Origin: Welwitschia mirabilis
Lineage: Eukaryota
DNA: 64,000 nt
Assembly (NCBI GenBank): GCA_051453625.1
Contig: JBOZIK010000001.1
Coordinates: 21,703,704 to 21,767,703, forward strand
Direction: 5' to 3'
Of this stretch, positions 1 through 12,849 are shown piece after piece. The notes beneath the pieces are model-generated. The model made no database searches. It was not told the DNA's origin and saw only the letters and a list, made by a program, of their open reading frames with translations. Each line of letters begins with the position of its first letter. The stretch's first letter is position 1. The position numbers and the translations under genes are program-made.

Positions 1-89
1 CAACATATTTAATTGGTAGAAAATCGTCTTATAGAGTGTTGTTTGATATCTATCATCCTTAGAACATGAAGGATGATAGCTAAAGACCT

Positions 90-2040
90 CAACCTAGAAC
101 TGAAGAAATTCCCCTAAGGTTTAAAATATATTTTTTGACTAATAATCAAACAAAACCCCTAATAATAAGTAACCTTATAACTCCTCAATAAGAATCCATA
201 TTGATCTCACTTTTAACCTCTAAAGAAGAAGCCTTTGCTTAGACCCATAAATACTTAGCTACCATTCCTCTTTTTATAGTTCAACATAAGATTTACCTTG
301 AAGATAATGCTAAGCCTATTAGATAACCCTAAACAAGGATCAATCCATCCCTTAAGCAAATAGTTAAAGATGAAGTCATTAAACTTATGGATGCTAGGAT
401 CATATATTCTATATCTGATAGTGAGTGATTAGCCCTTTAATAGTAGTCCCAAAGAAGAGGGTAAAATGGAGAATATGCATTGATTTTAGAAAACTTAATA
501 AGGTCACTAAAAATAATCATTGTCCTTTACCCTTTCTTGATTAAGTACTTAATAGAATCTAAAGTCATGTCTACTACTATTTTATTGATGGGTATAGTGT
601 CAAATTTGCATAGCAAGTGACAATATAGCTAAAACAACATTTACCTTATCCTTTGGGACCTTTGCCTTTAGATGAATTCTCTTTGAATTATGCAATGCCT
701 CTAAAACCTTTTAGTGATCTATGGTAGGAATCTTTTCTAATATGATTAATGACTCTATTAAAATTTCTATGGATGACTTCTCCATCTTTGGTGAAACTTT
801 TGAATAAATCATAGAAAGATTAGAGAAACTTTTGGATTAATGTATAGAGAGTGACTTACATTTGAGTTGGGAAAATAGTTTTCTCCTTATCAATCATGGA
901 ATTATTAGGACATCACATTTCAAATGAAGGGATTAGAATGGACCCTATCAAAGTTAATATCATTAAAAACCTTAGATCTTAAATCTATATCAAACAAGTT
1001 AGATCATTCCTTAGTCATGCTAGATTCTATTATCATTTATTCATGATTATGTCGAAATTTGTAAACCAATTCATTCCTTACTTAAAAAGGATGCTAAAAT
1101 TTATTGGAATAGTTCATATCAACTTACGTTTGAAACTCTTAAAGGAAACAGTTTTTTATGAATCTATTATTATGGGTCCCGATTTTAATAAGGATTTTAA
1201 ACTTATGTGTGATGCAAGCAACATTACTATGGGTGGAGTTCTTGGCCAAAAATATGAAAATGATTTTAAAGTCATATTATATCTTAGTAAAACTTTGTCT
1301 TAAGCTCAATCCAACTACACCACTACTGAGAAAAGAATGCTTACCATTATCTTTTATATTAATTATCTTTAACATTATCTTCAGTTTTCACATCAATGTT
1401 TACACTGATCACGTAGCTATCCACTATTTTATAACTAAGAAAGATTCTAGTACCAAACTTATTAGTTGAATCCTTCTTATGTAAGAATTCAATCTCACAA
1501 TCATTGATAAGGGTAGAAAACATAATAGTATTGTAGATCATCTATCTTGACTATCTTGTTCTCATGATGAACTTCCCATAAATGACTCTTTTTTAGATGA
1601 ATAGCTCTTTCCCATTAAATAACTTTATGCCATATCTTCTACTCAGATTGCTTCTTGGTATGTTGATATTATAGACTATCTTATTACTATGAAAACACCT
1701 CAGCATTAGACTCATAACCAATTCAAATCTTTTCTCTATAATATCGGTGACTATGAGTGAAATGAACCCCATCTTTATAGAAGATGTAAAGACCAAATCA
1801 TGCGTAAGTATATCCCTAAGTGAGAAAGCCTATGATTAAGTCCCTATTTTATAGAAAACATTTGTTTTAATGGCTCTATTGATATTTGTGACTTAGAAAC
1901 TAAGGAGATTCAGAAAGTTAATGGACAACGGTTGAACATATATGAAAAATTTTTTGATGCAATCTTAAACGTGGTAGAAGCAATTGTTTTGAAGGTTTTC
2001 CTTAGTGAGGAGGACTTCCTACCTATTATTGTTTGAATTT
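90..2040 (+). pseudogene. Decayed Ty3/gypsy Athila-like pol (RT, RNase H, integrase N- and C-ends; integrase core deleted)
   Basis: Motifs across frames: WRICIDFRKLNKVT (~468-510), YYYFIDGYS (~571-600), MDDFSIFG (~770-790), DFKLMCDASNITMGGVLGQK (ORF 1043-1303), VYTDHVAI, and KEIQKVNGQRL (~1900-1935). Many stops and frameshifts. Confidence 0.9.
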
Positions 2041-4532
2041 TTTCTTTGTATATTATTTTAGTGCATGTTATGATATCACTTAATTATTTTATAAAATTAA
2101 CTTATATCTCTGTTTTATGAAGTTTTCATAACTATTATTCGTACTTGGCCATTTTTATAGTGATAAGATTGGATTTACCCAATCTTAAGACATTTACATG
2201 TCTAATGAACTTTACTTTGCAGGAAGATTCCTTAGTTCTTATGTTTTTTTTAATGGTATGAGGTCTTTAGTTATTTAAGTGTGTTCTTTTCTATCTTTCA
2301 TCTTACTTATTCATCTTCATCTTTTTGAGTGTGTGATCATGTGGGAGTTATTCATGTCAAAAAAAAGATGAGGGGGAAGGGGAAGGGAGGATGAGAAAGA
2401 GAGAATAATAACCATGATCTATTATATCTATGCTAAAATCTATGATAAAATACATGGTCACTATGATGTCCTACCACACTAAGGTAATTTTTTTTAAAAA
2501 TAACCTTTAGCAGTGTTGATATTTATGGAAACTCTAATGGGGGGTCAATTAGCNNNNNNNNNNAAAAGTAGTAATTAAACTTTGAGGCTATCAAGTCAAT
2601 GGTGTTCTTAGTATCATTAGAGGCAGTGCTTATTTCCTAGACTCTTAGTATTCCCACATAATGATTTCACTTTTGAGTGTTCGGGTGTGTTTTGAGATGT
2701 AAGTAGGTAAGTTCATTTCTGAGTAGCTTTTAATCTTATAATTTATTATTCTAAGAATTTGATCTTTGATATCATCACAATCACTACTTTATTAAATGGA
2801 ACTTTATGAAGTTGATATGATTTATCATGCATTTTTACTCAAGTTACTTTATGATGTTTTCTAAGAGAATTTACTAGGTTAGAATTTAAGATAGGTAAGC
2901 TATTTTCTTTATGTTCCTTATGTCTGTGTTTTTCTTTGATTCTTTATTTTATTATTTCAAAGTCATTTTCATAATTTTTTATCTACATTTAGAACCTCAT
3001 CATTCATTAGTTTCCTTGTTGTTATTGATGTCATTTATTTCAATAACAAGTTTATTTTCTTTAGCATTTTAATCAAATCTTATTCTTCATGATTTTTATG
3101 CATTTTCTTTACATCTTCTAGAGTTTTACATATTTTAGGATTATTTATTTATTTACACATATTTCTTCATTTTTTTTTCTTTTTATAGCTTTCATCCTAC
3201 TTGGTGCATTTTTCATCAGCTTATCTTTTAATCCTTTTGTATTTTTCTTTTTAGTTTTATACATAATGACTTTTATCATTACCTATTTTTTGAGTTTTCT
3301 GATATATCTTGATACCTTCATGTTGATATATGAGCCTAACTTATTTAACTAAAATTTTTATTTTTCTAAATTTTTTACAGTTTTATTATCCACCTAGTTA
3401 TTCAGGTAACACTAGAAATGATATTAGGATTTTTTTTATAGTTGTCTTAGGGTTGTCGTTTAGATGATGCGACTAGACAATAGTGTGATAAAACCATGGT
3501 GTAACTTATTTTTTCTCATTTTTCTTCCATTCTCTATCATTTCTNNNNNNNNNNNNNNNNNNNNNNNNNNNNNNNNNNNNNNNNNNNNNNNNNNNNNNNN
3601 NNNNNNNNNNNNNNNNNNNNNNNNNNNNNNNNNNNNNNNNNNNNNNNNNNNNNNNNNNNNNNNNNNNNNNNNNNNNNNNNNNNNNNNNNNNNNNNNNNNN
3701 NNNNNNNNNNNNNNNNNNNNNNNNNNNNNNNNNNNNNNNNNNNNNNNNNNNNNNNNNNNNNNNNNNNNNNNNNNNNNNNNNNNNNNNNNNNNNNNNNNNN
3801 NNNNNNNNNNNNNNNNNNNNNNNNNNNNNNNNNNNNNNNNNNNNNNNNNNNNNNNNNNNNNNNNNNNNNNNNNNNNNNNNNNNNNNNNNNNNNNNNNNNN
3901 NNNNNNNNNNNNNNNNNNNNNNNNNNNNNNNNNNNNNNNNNNNNNNNNNNNNNNNNNNNNNNNNNNNNNNNNNNNNNNNNNNNNNNNNNNNNNNNNNNNN
4001 NNNNNNNNNNNNNNNNNNNNNNNNNNNNNNNNNNNNNNNNNNNNNNNNNNNNNNNNNNNNNNNNNNNNNNNNNNNNNNNNNNNNNNNNNNNNNNNNNNNN
4101 NNNNNNNNNNNNNNNNNNNNATGAGGTATGTTTTTCTCTCCCTCATTTTTTTCTTCCATTTCTTAGCCTTTCAACATGTAGTTTCCATGTATGTTGTTCA
4201 TTTTTTTAAGCACTTCGATTAGGAACTTATAGATCTAGTTTTTACTATGTATTTTAAAAGTTATGATGAATTTTGCATTTCACAATGTAGAATTAGGTTT
4301 TTAATTTTAAAAATCATTTTCTCACAAACCATAAGTTGAAACATAGTGGTCCTTTGGGGCAAAATAATCAGTACAACATGCTCTACATTTCTAGTGGATT
4401 AGATTTTTCATTTGATCACTTTTATTTTTGATGTTTTATGGGGCCTATTTGTTTTATAGTTTTCAATTTTCTGCATGTTTTATATTTTTCTTCGCATGAC
4501 TAGGAAATATGAGATGTGTGACACTTTTTTAT

Positions 4533-5930
4533 TATGGCAGAAAGGGAAGGAAGGTGGAAGCACATATTTTCAAAATCTTTACACATTTTAAACCAATTTA
4601 TGAGGTTATTTTGAGCATCTGCACGATGTATTTAACTACATTCATCTAATTTCACATGATATCTTACATATTTATGATTGAAAAGGCCACACATACATAG
4701 AGCTAGATAGGCTAAGGTTAAGGCTAAGGCTATTGAGTAAGAGGCAAACCCAGCAATACCATTGGAGATTAAGCAAGTAGAACTAGTCCATCATCCACCT
4801 TAACATACTCAATCTTTGACCATCTAGACTGTGGCCATTCGTGTCAAGAGGCACTTTGATGATTTAATGAGATGTGTGAAGCATGAGTTGGACTAGTAAC
4901 TTATGAGCTTATAGCTCTAATGGATCTTAGATGCTTAGGGGAAATATTATATATCTTAGACCAGAGATTTTTATGACATCATGCATATAGAGCATTGTCC
5001 TAATGCCCATGACCAACTAGTGAATATAATTATAATTATGATTCGAGGCCATGCAATTACCATCCTTTAGAATTACATTACATCAGTAATAGATCTTAGT
5101 AATTTTAGGAGCATTTATATACATTCAGCCAATGGGACGAAGGAGCACTATACATACATCACAGCATTAGATATAATAGTGGATTTAAATCTAGATAGGT
5201 GAGGCATTTTGGTAATATAGTTCATTCCTGCCTATCGAATTTTGTACAAAGGATTGATTCACAACATCATATTATCATTTCATAACAATCATGGCATGAT
5301 GACACATTTACAAATACTAGCAGTGTTCAGGTAAGGTGAGAAGATGGACTTATCAACATTCATATGGAGGAGACTCAGGTCTATAATAGAGGCATGATAA
5401 CTTTAGATTCTAGGATATCCATGCCTCTTCATCATATTTAGGTACTTTGGGATATCAAAACTTATAGGTGAGTGGTAATTCATGCACATATAGAATTTAG
5501 CTCATTACCTATAAGACATGGACATCTAGGTACCAAGAGAGCCAAAGAAACATTAGGTTTAGAGATCTGTGATTGGAACTTTACTTGATTATGTTTAGGA
5601 TTTCCTGACAAAGATCACTAAGATTATCAAATGAATTATAGACTAAGGAATCTCTATATTATAGTAGAGGATCAGAAGATTAAGAAAGAGTACAACACAC
5701 TAAGAAGCATCTAATCACTAAGGCTATCAAAGGGATTATAGACAAAGGCATCTCTATATTATAGTAGAGGATCTAGATGCTTAAGAAAAGAGTACAATGC
5801 ACTGAGAAGCATCTAGTGGATGTGTGACAGTGCACCCTATAGATAGAGCATAGTATGATGATGGATCTTCTAGTAATAGCATAAGTATGGAGAGACGAGA
5901 TAGCATGGATGATTATGACATCTCTTAACC
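4533..5930 (+). pseudogene. Decayed Athila extra (env-like / putative plant transposon protein) ORF downstream of pol
   Basis: ATG at 4533. Translated fragments YYIS*TRDFYDIM, IMIRGHAITIL*NYITSVI and GLIHNIILSFHNNHGMMTHLQIL resemble the LxREFYAN...VRG..I family. Contains an internal ~100-bp tandem duplication (5633-5815). Confidence 0.65.
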
Positions 5931-6555
5931 ACTATTTCCCTATAGATCTTAAGCATCCTTCTTCTTCTCCTCTTACACCTAAGCTTGCTACCCATCAGGA
6001 GTTCATTATAACCAGATGAGAGGAGTGACTATTTATTATTGTATTTTTATCTCCTTCCCTCCACGGATTATATTTAAACTCATTACTTTTTGAGTATTAT
6101 AAGGGTTCATAAATTTTTTGATAGATATCATGCATATTTTTATATACTAATTTTTTTTAATACTTTATGATGAGAACTATTTATATTACCCATGATTAGC
6201 TTTATCTACTGTACATTTTAGTGAAGTGGGAGACTATTAATTATTGGTTTATTTAATGTCTATCATTATAAAAAAAATTTTATAGGTTTCTATTTTTCAA
6301 GATCCATTTTTTGAGTTTATCATCCCTACATCATTTGAACGACCACTAGCATGACATTACAACTAGTTTCACTACATAGGTGAAGTGCTTAATTATCTAT
6401 TTTTAACATTTTTATTTCATATTCTAAGATTTATAAAAAAACTTTCTAAGCTTAATTTATAGTTTTATAATTGATTTATTGTTAGACAATTTAACTCATA
6501 ATCAAGGTCATTCGCCTAGTTTTGTTAGGAAATAACAAGACTAAGTGGGGGGCTA

Positions 6556-8577
6556 TGTTGCACTAACAAATTATATGTATTTGATAGGATATTTTGAGTA
6601 GTTTTATGGGAAATTAGATAGGTTTAAACTAAAGTTTAATGATAATGAAAATCTAAGGCAAATTTCACAGAAACGTACCATCTTCATTACATTTAATAGC
6701 ATTTAAAGCAATTTATAATACTTTCTATCTGAAGTAATAGTTCTATAATCAAAAAGGCTAATGCAAAGTATAAAATACTTTAGAAAAGCCTATTATTTAC
6801 CTCATCGTTCAGATGACTATATGGACAATAAAAACACTTAAGCTAAGGAGGATGCTAGCTAAATCAATCTAGTAGCTGATGTGGAATTATTATGAGGTGG
6901 CATCATCTTTTTTTAAATTTGGATGACTAGCAGGATGATAATTGAGTAAAATCTTCATTAAACTATACCAACTTATGGCCCTTTATCTTACACTTTCTTA
7001 CATAGTTATTAGTATTGTTTATGTGTTTGTTAATCTTTTCTAATTTTAGAGTCTATTTTATAATAAATATCTCTTCCAATTCGACTTCACTTTTATTTTT
7101 ATTTGCACTAGAAATTCTTGTGATTGGATATTTAAGGGCTAGAGATCCATCCANNNNNNNNNNNNNNNNNNNNNNNNNNNNNNNNNNNNNNNNNNNNNNN
7201 NNNNNNNNNNNNNNNNNNNNNNNNNNNNNNNNNNNNNNNNNNNNNNNNNNNNNNNNNNNNNNNNNNNNNNNNNNNNNNNNNNNNNNNNNNNNNNNNNNNN
7301 NNNNNNNNNNNNNNNNNNNNNNNNNNNNNNNNNNNNNNNNNNNNNNNNNNNNNNNNNNNNNNNNNNNNNNNNNNNNNNNNNNNNNNNNNNNNNNNNNNNN
7401 NNNNNNNNNNNNNNNNNNNNNNNNNNNNNNNNNNNNNNNNNNNNNNNNNNNNNNNNNNNNNNNNNNNNNNNNNNNNNNNNNNNNNNNNNNNNNNNNNNNN
7501 NNNNNNNNNNNNNNNNNNNNNNNNNNNNNNNNNNNNNNNNNNNNNNNNNNNNNNNNNNNNNNNNNNNNNNNNNNNNNNNNNNNNNNNNNNNNNNNNNNNN
7601 NNNNNNNNNNNNNNNNNNNNNNNNNNNNNNNNNNNNNNNNNNNNNNNNNNNNNNNNNNNNNNNNNNNNNNNNNNNNNNNNNNNNNNNNNNNNNNNNNNNN
7701 NNNNNNNNNNNNNNNNNNNNNNNNNNNNNNNNNNNNNNNNNNNNNNNNNNNNNNNNNNNNNNNNNNNNNNNNNNNNNNNNNNNNNNNNNNNNNNNNNNNN
7801 NNNNNNNNNNNNNNNNNNNNNNNNNNNNNNNNNNNNNNNNNNNNNNNNNNNNNNNNNNNNNNNNNNNNNNNNNNNNNNNNNNNNNNNNNNNNNNNNNNNN
7901 NNNNNNNNNNNNNNNNNNNNNNNNNNNNNNNNNNNNNNNNNNNNNNNNNNNNNNNNNNNNNNNNNNNNNNNNNNNNNNNNNNNNNNNNNNNNNNNNNNNN
8001 NNNNNNNNNNNNNNNNNNNNNNNNNNNNNNNNNNNNNNNNNNNNNNNNNNNNNNNNNNNNNNNNNNNNNNNNNNNNNNNNNNNNNNNNNNNNGATATAAA
8101 TCATGAGGGTAACCTTTATTAAGGTTGACATTATTAGTTTAGGTACATTGCATTTCATTTCCTAGATTACATTTGCATTGTTTGTATATTCTTTTCAATG
8201 TACTTGATATCTTAAGTTGATTTTGATCTGGTAACGGCTTTTCTTAATTGATCTAGATTATATAGAGCTGATCTCTTCATAATAAGTTTATTTGATAGTT
8301 AGACAAAAGTTACATTTAGTTTAGTCTTGCATTACATTTTAGTTGCATTGTGTCTTCATTTTCATTGTTATTTTTTATTGTTATTTTATACTAATTTGAG
8401 GATACAATATTTTATTTGTGAAATCAATTTTCTTTCTTCTCACCTAGGCCTTTAATAAGAATTTAATATTGGGTTACTCTGATCTATATTAGTGTGTTGT
8501 GTTATGAAAAATCTATATATATTTGTGATTTATAGGATCTATTTAAGGACATAAGTTATTTAAAAATACACACCACA
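6556..8577 (+). repeat. 3' LTR of the Athila-like element (contains an N gap)
   Basis: Begins TG just after the polypurine tract. No partner LTR in the window, so the end is uncertain. Confidence 0.55.
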
Positions 8578-8579
8578 AT

Positions 8580-9290
8580 AAATAGTAGCCATTTAAACTT
8601 TATAATTTCTATGTAATAGATAGAAGCATTAGGCATGCATCTCCATTTTTATTTGATATGAACCTTTATCTAAGACATATTTAATATTATAAATGTCTAC
8701 TAATAGTTAAACGTCTTTACCTAGTAGATGTCTTTAGTTAAGTTTCCTAGAAAATGATGAAACTTGTTTTGTATTAACTTTGATTCTTCATAATCATGAA
8801 TCCCTCATGGAAAACTTGATAGCTTCTCTAAATGTAAAGTATTAGTTAGAACACAAAATGATTATATTACCTATTTTAGTTTAACATAGATGTCTTCAAG
8901 CATTTATATATCTTTCATCAATATCAGGTCCAACTTTTAGCATAATCATCATTGATGAGATAGTTATCTTTAGTATAATTTGCAAACTTAGTATATCATA
9001 GACATCTTTAACCTATGGATTTATTCATTATAAATGTATTCTAATTGTATATGCTATAGAAATTTTTATATAACTAATTTTTCATTTTCAATTCTAAGCT
9101 TTTCATAAGATATCATCATGAAGGTCCATCATTAACTTATGCTTATCATGATCTGATTTTATTTGCAATGACTTGTCTACATGATGATATAATATATTTG
9201 ATAAGTAAAATCATTAAAACTAAATTTACTAATAATCTTCCACTTTTCAATGATATCCAAAACTTGGCAAATCTCATTAGTAAAATCTCA
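8580..9290 (+). repeat. Diverged direct repeat, copy A (homologous to 13430-13775 and 14515-15210)
   Basis: Colinear shared blocks such as atagtagccatttaaactttataat and atgtctactaatag...gaaaatgatgaaact. Rich in AGACATCT/AGATGTCT. Confidence 0.8.
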
Positions 9291-9869
9291 TTCAATCATC
9301 TGAAATTACATATTCACATTCAAGAGAAAAAGCATATAAGAATTTTTCTAATGATATTTAAAAATCATGATATTAACCATTTGAATAAGAATGTAGAGAA
9401 TAGAGTAAGTAAGAAATAAAACATTTAATAATTTCATTCAATAATATTAATAATTAATCAAGTAAGATATGCTAAAAGTAATGTGCTATAAATAAATAAT
9501 ATGAAGATCATGATAATTGTTCTCATGGTAATGTGCTAAAAATAAAAATTAGAGCATAACATTTTAGAAATATACCAACAAAACATGACATTAAAACATG
9601 AGAGTATGTTAATAGTAAAGATAACAACAAAGTGTACTAATAATATGTGTTAAATAATAACAATGGTAAAAATGACAAGACATGATAATGTGTACCAAAT
9701 AATAAGAGTTAGCATCAATGAATAATGGTATCACTCAAGGATCCAATTCATTATTTTAAAGCCAAGTATTCCATTTGCCCAATAAGATGTCCTTATGCTA
9801 AAGGCTAATGTATCTAACTAAATGCAACTAATTTACCCTTACTTCTTCATTGATTTTCTAAACTTATCC

Positions 9870-11619
9870 CTTTTTTTGAATAGCAAAGAAAAGTATCTAA
9901 TTACTAAGAGCAAAGTCAATAGTATAATGTGTGCCTTTTTCTTCTTTATCACTATCATCAGTATTGTCATGAGTGATGAAAGTCTGTAAGGTATAAGATA
10001 AGGTGGATTTGGATGGTGTAGTATGGTGCTTCCTAGAAGGATGCTGAGAGGTCTTACCTAGGCCCTCATAGTCCTATCTTCTCATACATTGGAATATTTA
10101 AAAAGTGATAGATATTCTAAAGAAGCTGGTTGTGGCTTTGTCTATGAAGGATGATGATAATTGAATGTGAATAGTGATGGTACATGAAGAGGCTATGTGT
10201 GAGACAAAGGTGATGATGGGATACACAATGGAGGTGGAGATGCTAAGTGTGATGAAGAAGAAATTCAAGAAGGTTATGATGGCTAAGGTAAGTGACAAAC
10301 TAGTATCTTATAATATGATAGGCAAAAGATGAAAGGCTAAAAATTTGAGCTCTTAGACTATAGCTCTTATTTCTACCTCTGTTGTAATGGACCAGGAGCT
10401 TATTTCTCTCCCTACACCTATTCCTTTATGTAAGCCAATTATTATCCTTGAATTTTTGTATCATCTTCTAATGGCTCATCTATAGAATCACTACTATCAG
10501 CTACTTTGCTAGAGGCATAACTTGTGTCTTATAAAGATGGTAGTGCTTCTTCTTCTTTTGATTTCCTCCTCCAAGTTTAATCATGTGGGAGTCCTCGTGG
10601 ATTCCTCGCTTTCTACTAGTGCCTTCATATTACTAGCTATAGACTTGTATTTCTTTAACCTCAACAAAGTTTTAACAATTTTGCTAATAATTTTTTCTAT
10701 TTCTTTTAATCCCTTCCTGACTGATTAAGAATTATGTGTAGCAGTGGAGAAAGATGTATGAAATTGTAAAGGATCCTTCTTATGTCCTTACTCAGTGGCA
10801 CTGGAACTTACCATTTTTCATTGAATTTAGATATAGGTTACTTTTGGTAAATGAAATTTACTTAAGAAATTATAATTTTGGCCCTGCTAACAATTAAACT
10901 AATAAGGCAAGGGTGACCCAAGGTCTATCCCTTATGAAACAATGAAATGATATTCATGCACAAGATAAAACCCAAATCTATCTTCAAATCACTAAGCAAA
11001 TAGAACACCATAGAAGTTTGCATTGATTTATAGTAACTACAACTACCTTCTCTAACTAGAATATTGTAGAATGTGTTTAAAATGAGAATGAAAATATTGT
11101 ATCTTTATGATCTATATTTTCAACAAAATTAATTCTAGGATGTATAAATAAAATATTTCTTATTATTCTCCAAGATGCATTGATAGCTCTAAAAGTGAAA
11201 ATTTCCTTAAACAAATGTGCATATAACTAAGGCCATTTAGAATCATCTATGCTAAGTAATGAATTTAAAAAACTAGGAGTAAGATGTCATGGATTAAATT
11301 TGACCTATCTTTGGAAGGAACTTGTGTCATCATCTATTTCATGGATGTTAGCAGAGAATTCCCTCACAACTAGATCTAGTATACTTTAGGCTAATTGAAC
11401 AATCATTTTCCAACTAAAGCATGTGAAGTAAGTCATAAATTAATCTTTGCATTTCTTCTAAAATTTAAGTGTTCTTTTTGTAATAATAGAATTTCTTGTC
11501 TAAATTCTATATCTTCTTGCTACTACCTCATGGTAAAACTAAGGCTCATACTAAGATCTTTAAGATTTTAAAGCTTATCGTTTGCCTTTTTAAGTATTGA
11601 CAGACTTTCTTCTAATCAT
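9870..11619 (-). pseudogene. Decayed retroelement accessory gene (putative plant transposon protein-like domain), probably spliced
   Basis: Minus-strand TATA CTATATAAAG at 11690-11699 and ATG at 11619. Translation FSWKMIVQLA*SILDLVVREFSANIHE (motif at 11347-11373). Candidate GT..AG intron at ~10932-11009. The left boundary is approximate. Confidence 0.55.
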
Positions 11620-11719
11620 TTTTATAAGATATAAAAAAATCTAAACCAAAACTTAATTGAAATTCAAATAAATAATGAAAATAATGCACCTTTATATAGA
11701 ATAACCCTATTCTTACTTA

Positions 11720-12165
11720 GTGTAAAGATGTTTCATAAATCCAAGATATCTTACTAGAGAAATCTAGAATATTAGCCTTGAAAAGTGCTCTGATAAGACA
11801 TCTACTAAATGAAGATTTGAAAATAAAATTTAGTTGCCTCTTTTCCAAATAAAAAGGATTAAAACCCTAGGTTTTTGATGTGTTTTAATTTCTTTAATGG
11901 TACAAGAAAGATTCTAACTATTGAAATACATCTAAGACACAAAAAGTAGATGTTTTTAAAGTTAAAGATGTTTGTTATCATAAATTTCACAATACATTTT
12001 TCTACTATTAAGATGTCTATCAAATTCAAGACATGTATTTTAAAAAATTTAAAAAGCATATCTAACTTCCAAAATATCTACAAACTCAAGACATCTAGTT
12101 TAAAGATGTCTAAAAATCTAAAGACATCTCTTTAATAGATGTCTTTAAAACTAAAGACATCTACA
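11720..12165. repeat. Array of AGACATCT/AGATGTCT motifs (deaminated palindrome AGACGTCT)
   Basis: Motif at ~11796, 12021, 12089, 12104, 12122, 12138 and 12155, spaced ~15-18 nt in the densest part. Confidence 0.8.
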
Positions 12166-12849
12166 ATAAAAGCTTCAAAAATTTTAAAAAAATCTATGGC
12201 TAATATAATCATAATAATAACTCTTTGAAAAAGTAAAATAAAAAGCACATAATTTAAATTTTACTACACCTAATTATAATCATAACTCATAAGATAATTA
12301 TAGGCCAAATATCCAAGTTCCTATACAAATTTTTAAACCTTTCAGTACCAAGAGATTTTTTGAATACATCATCAAGAAGATCATTAATATATTGTATTAT
12401 GATGTCTTTGTTGTGCTTTCTATGTTGTACTAAATTCTTTTCTTTTCAATATTTTTCTTATCTACTTTTCGTTTTGCATGCTTTATAGATTTGATTATTA
12501 ATTTCTTTTAACTTGAGGAGTCCTCTTATCCTTTTTTTTTTACAGATGATTTTTTCAGAAAGTCCTTATCTTCATGTCTAACATTTTTGTGCCATAGATC
12601 TGCCTCTTCTATTTTTCTTAAAAAACACTTATATCCTTTTTTATAAATATTTTGCAAAGAAGTGATGTATACATTTGACTTTCTTATACCACTAAATAAA
12701 GCTCTAGTATAATTTTATTCTTTAATAACACAATCATCTTTTCTAAAGGTAATAGAAAAATTTACATCATAGGAAAATAAACAAAAATATGTACATAGCT
12801 ATAATCACAAATTGAGATGCTCCTTCTAAGATAGTAACCTCTTATCCTC

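Larger units (their letters stand above)
1..8577 (+). mobile_element. Athila-like Ty3/gypsy LTR retrotransposon, 3' part (pol, spacer, extra ORF, PPT, 3' LTR)
   Basis: pol remnant, long T-rich spacer, extra ORF at ~4.5-5.9 kb, PPT aagtgggggg at 6543-6552, LTR start TGTTG at 6556. The right end is approximate, set where a different repeat begins at ~8580. Confidence 0.75.

Noticed and set aside
3460-4222. Long ORFs in the track at 3.5-4.2, 7.0-8.2, 37.9-38.2 and 51.7-52.5 kb
   Set aside because: They are open only because they run through N gaps.
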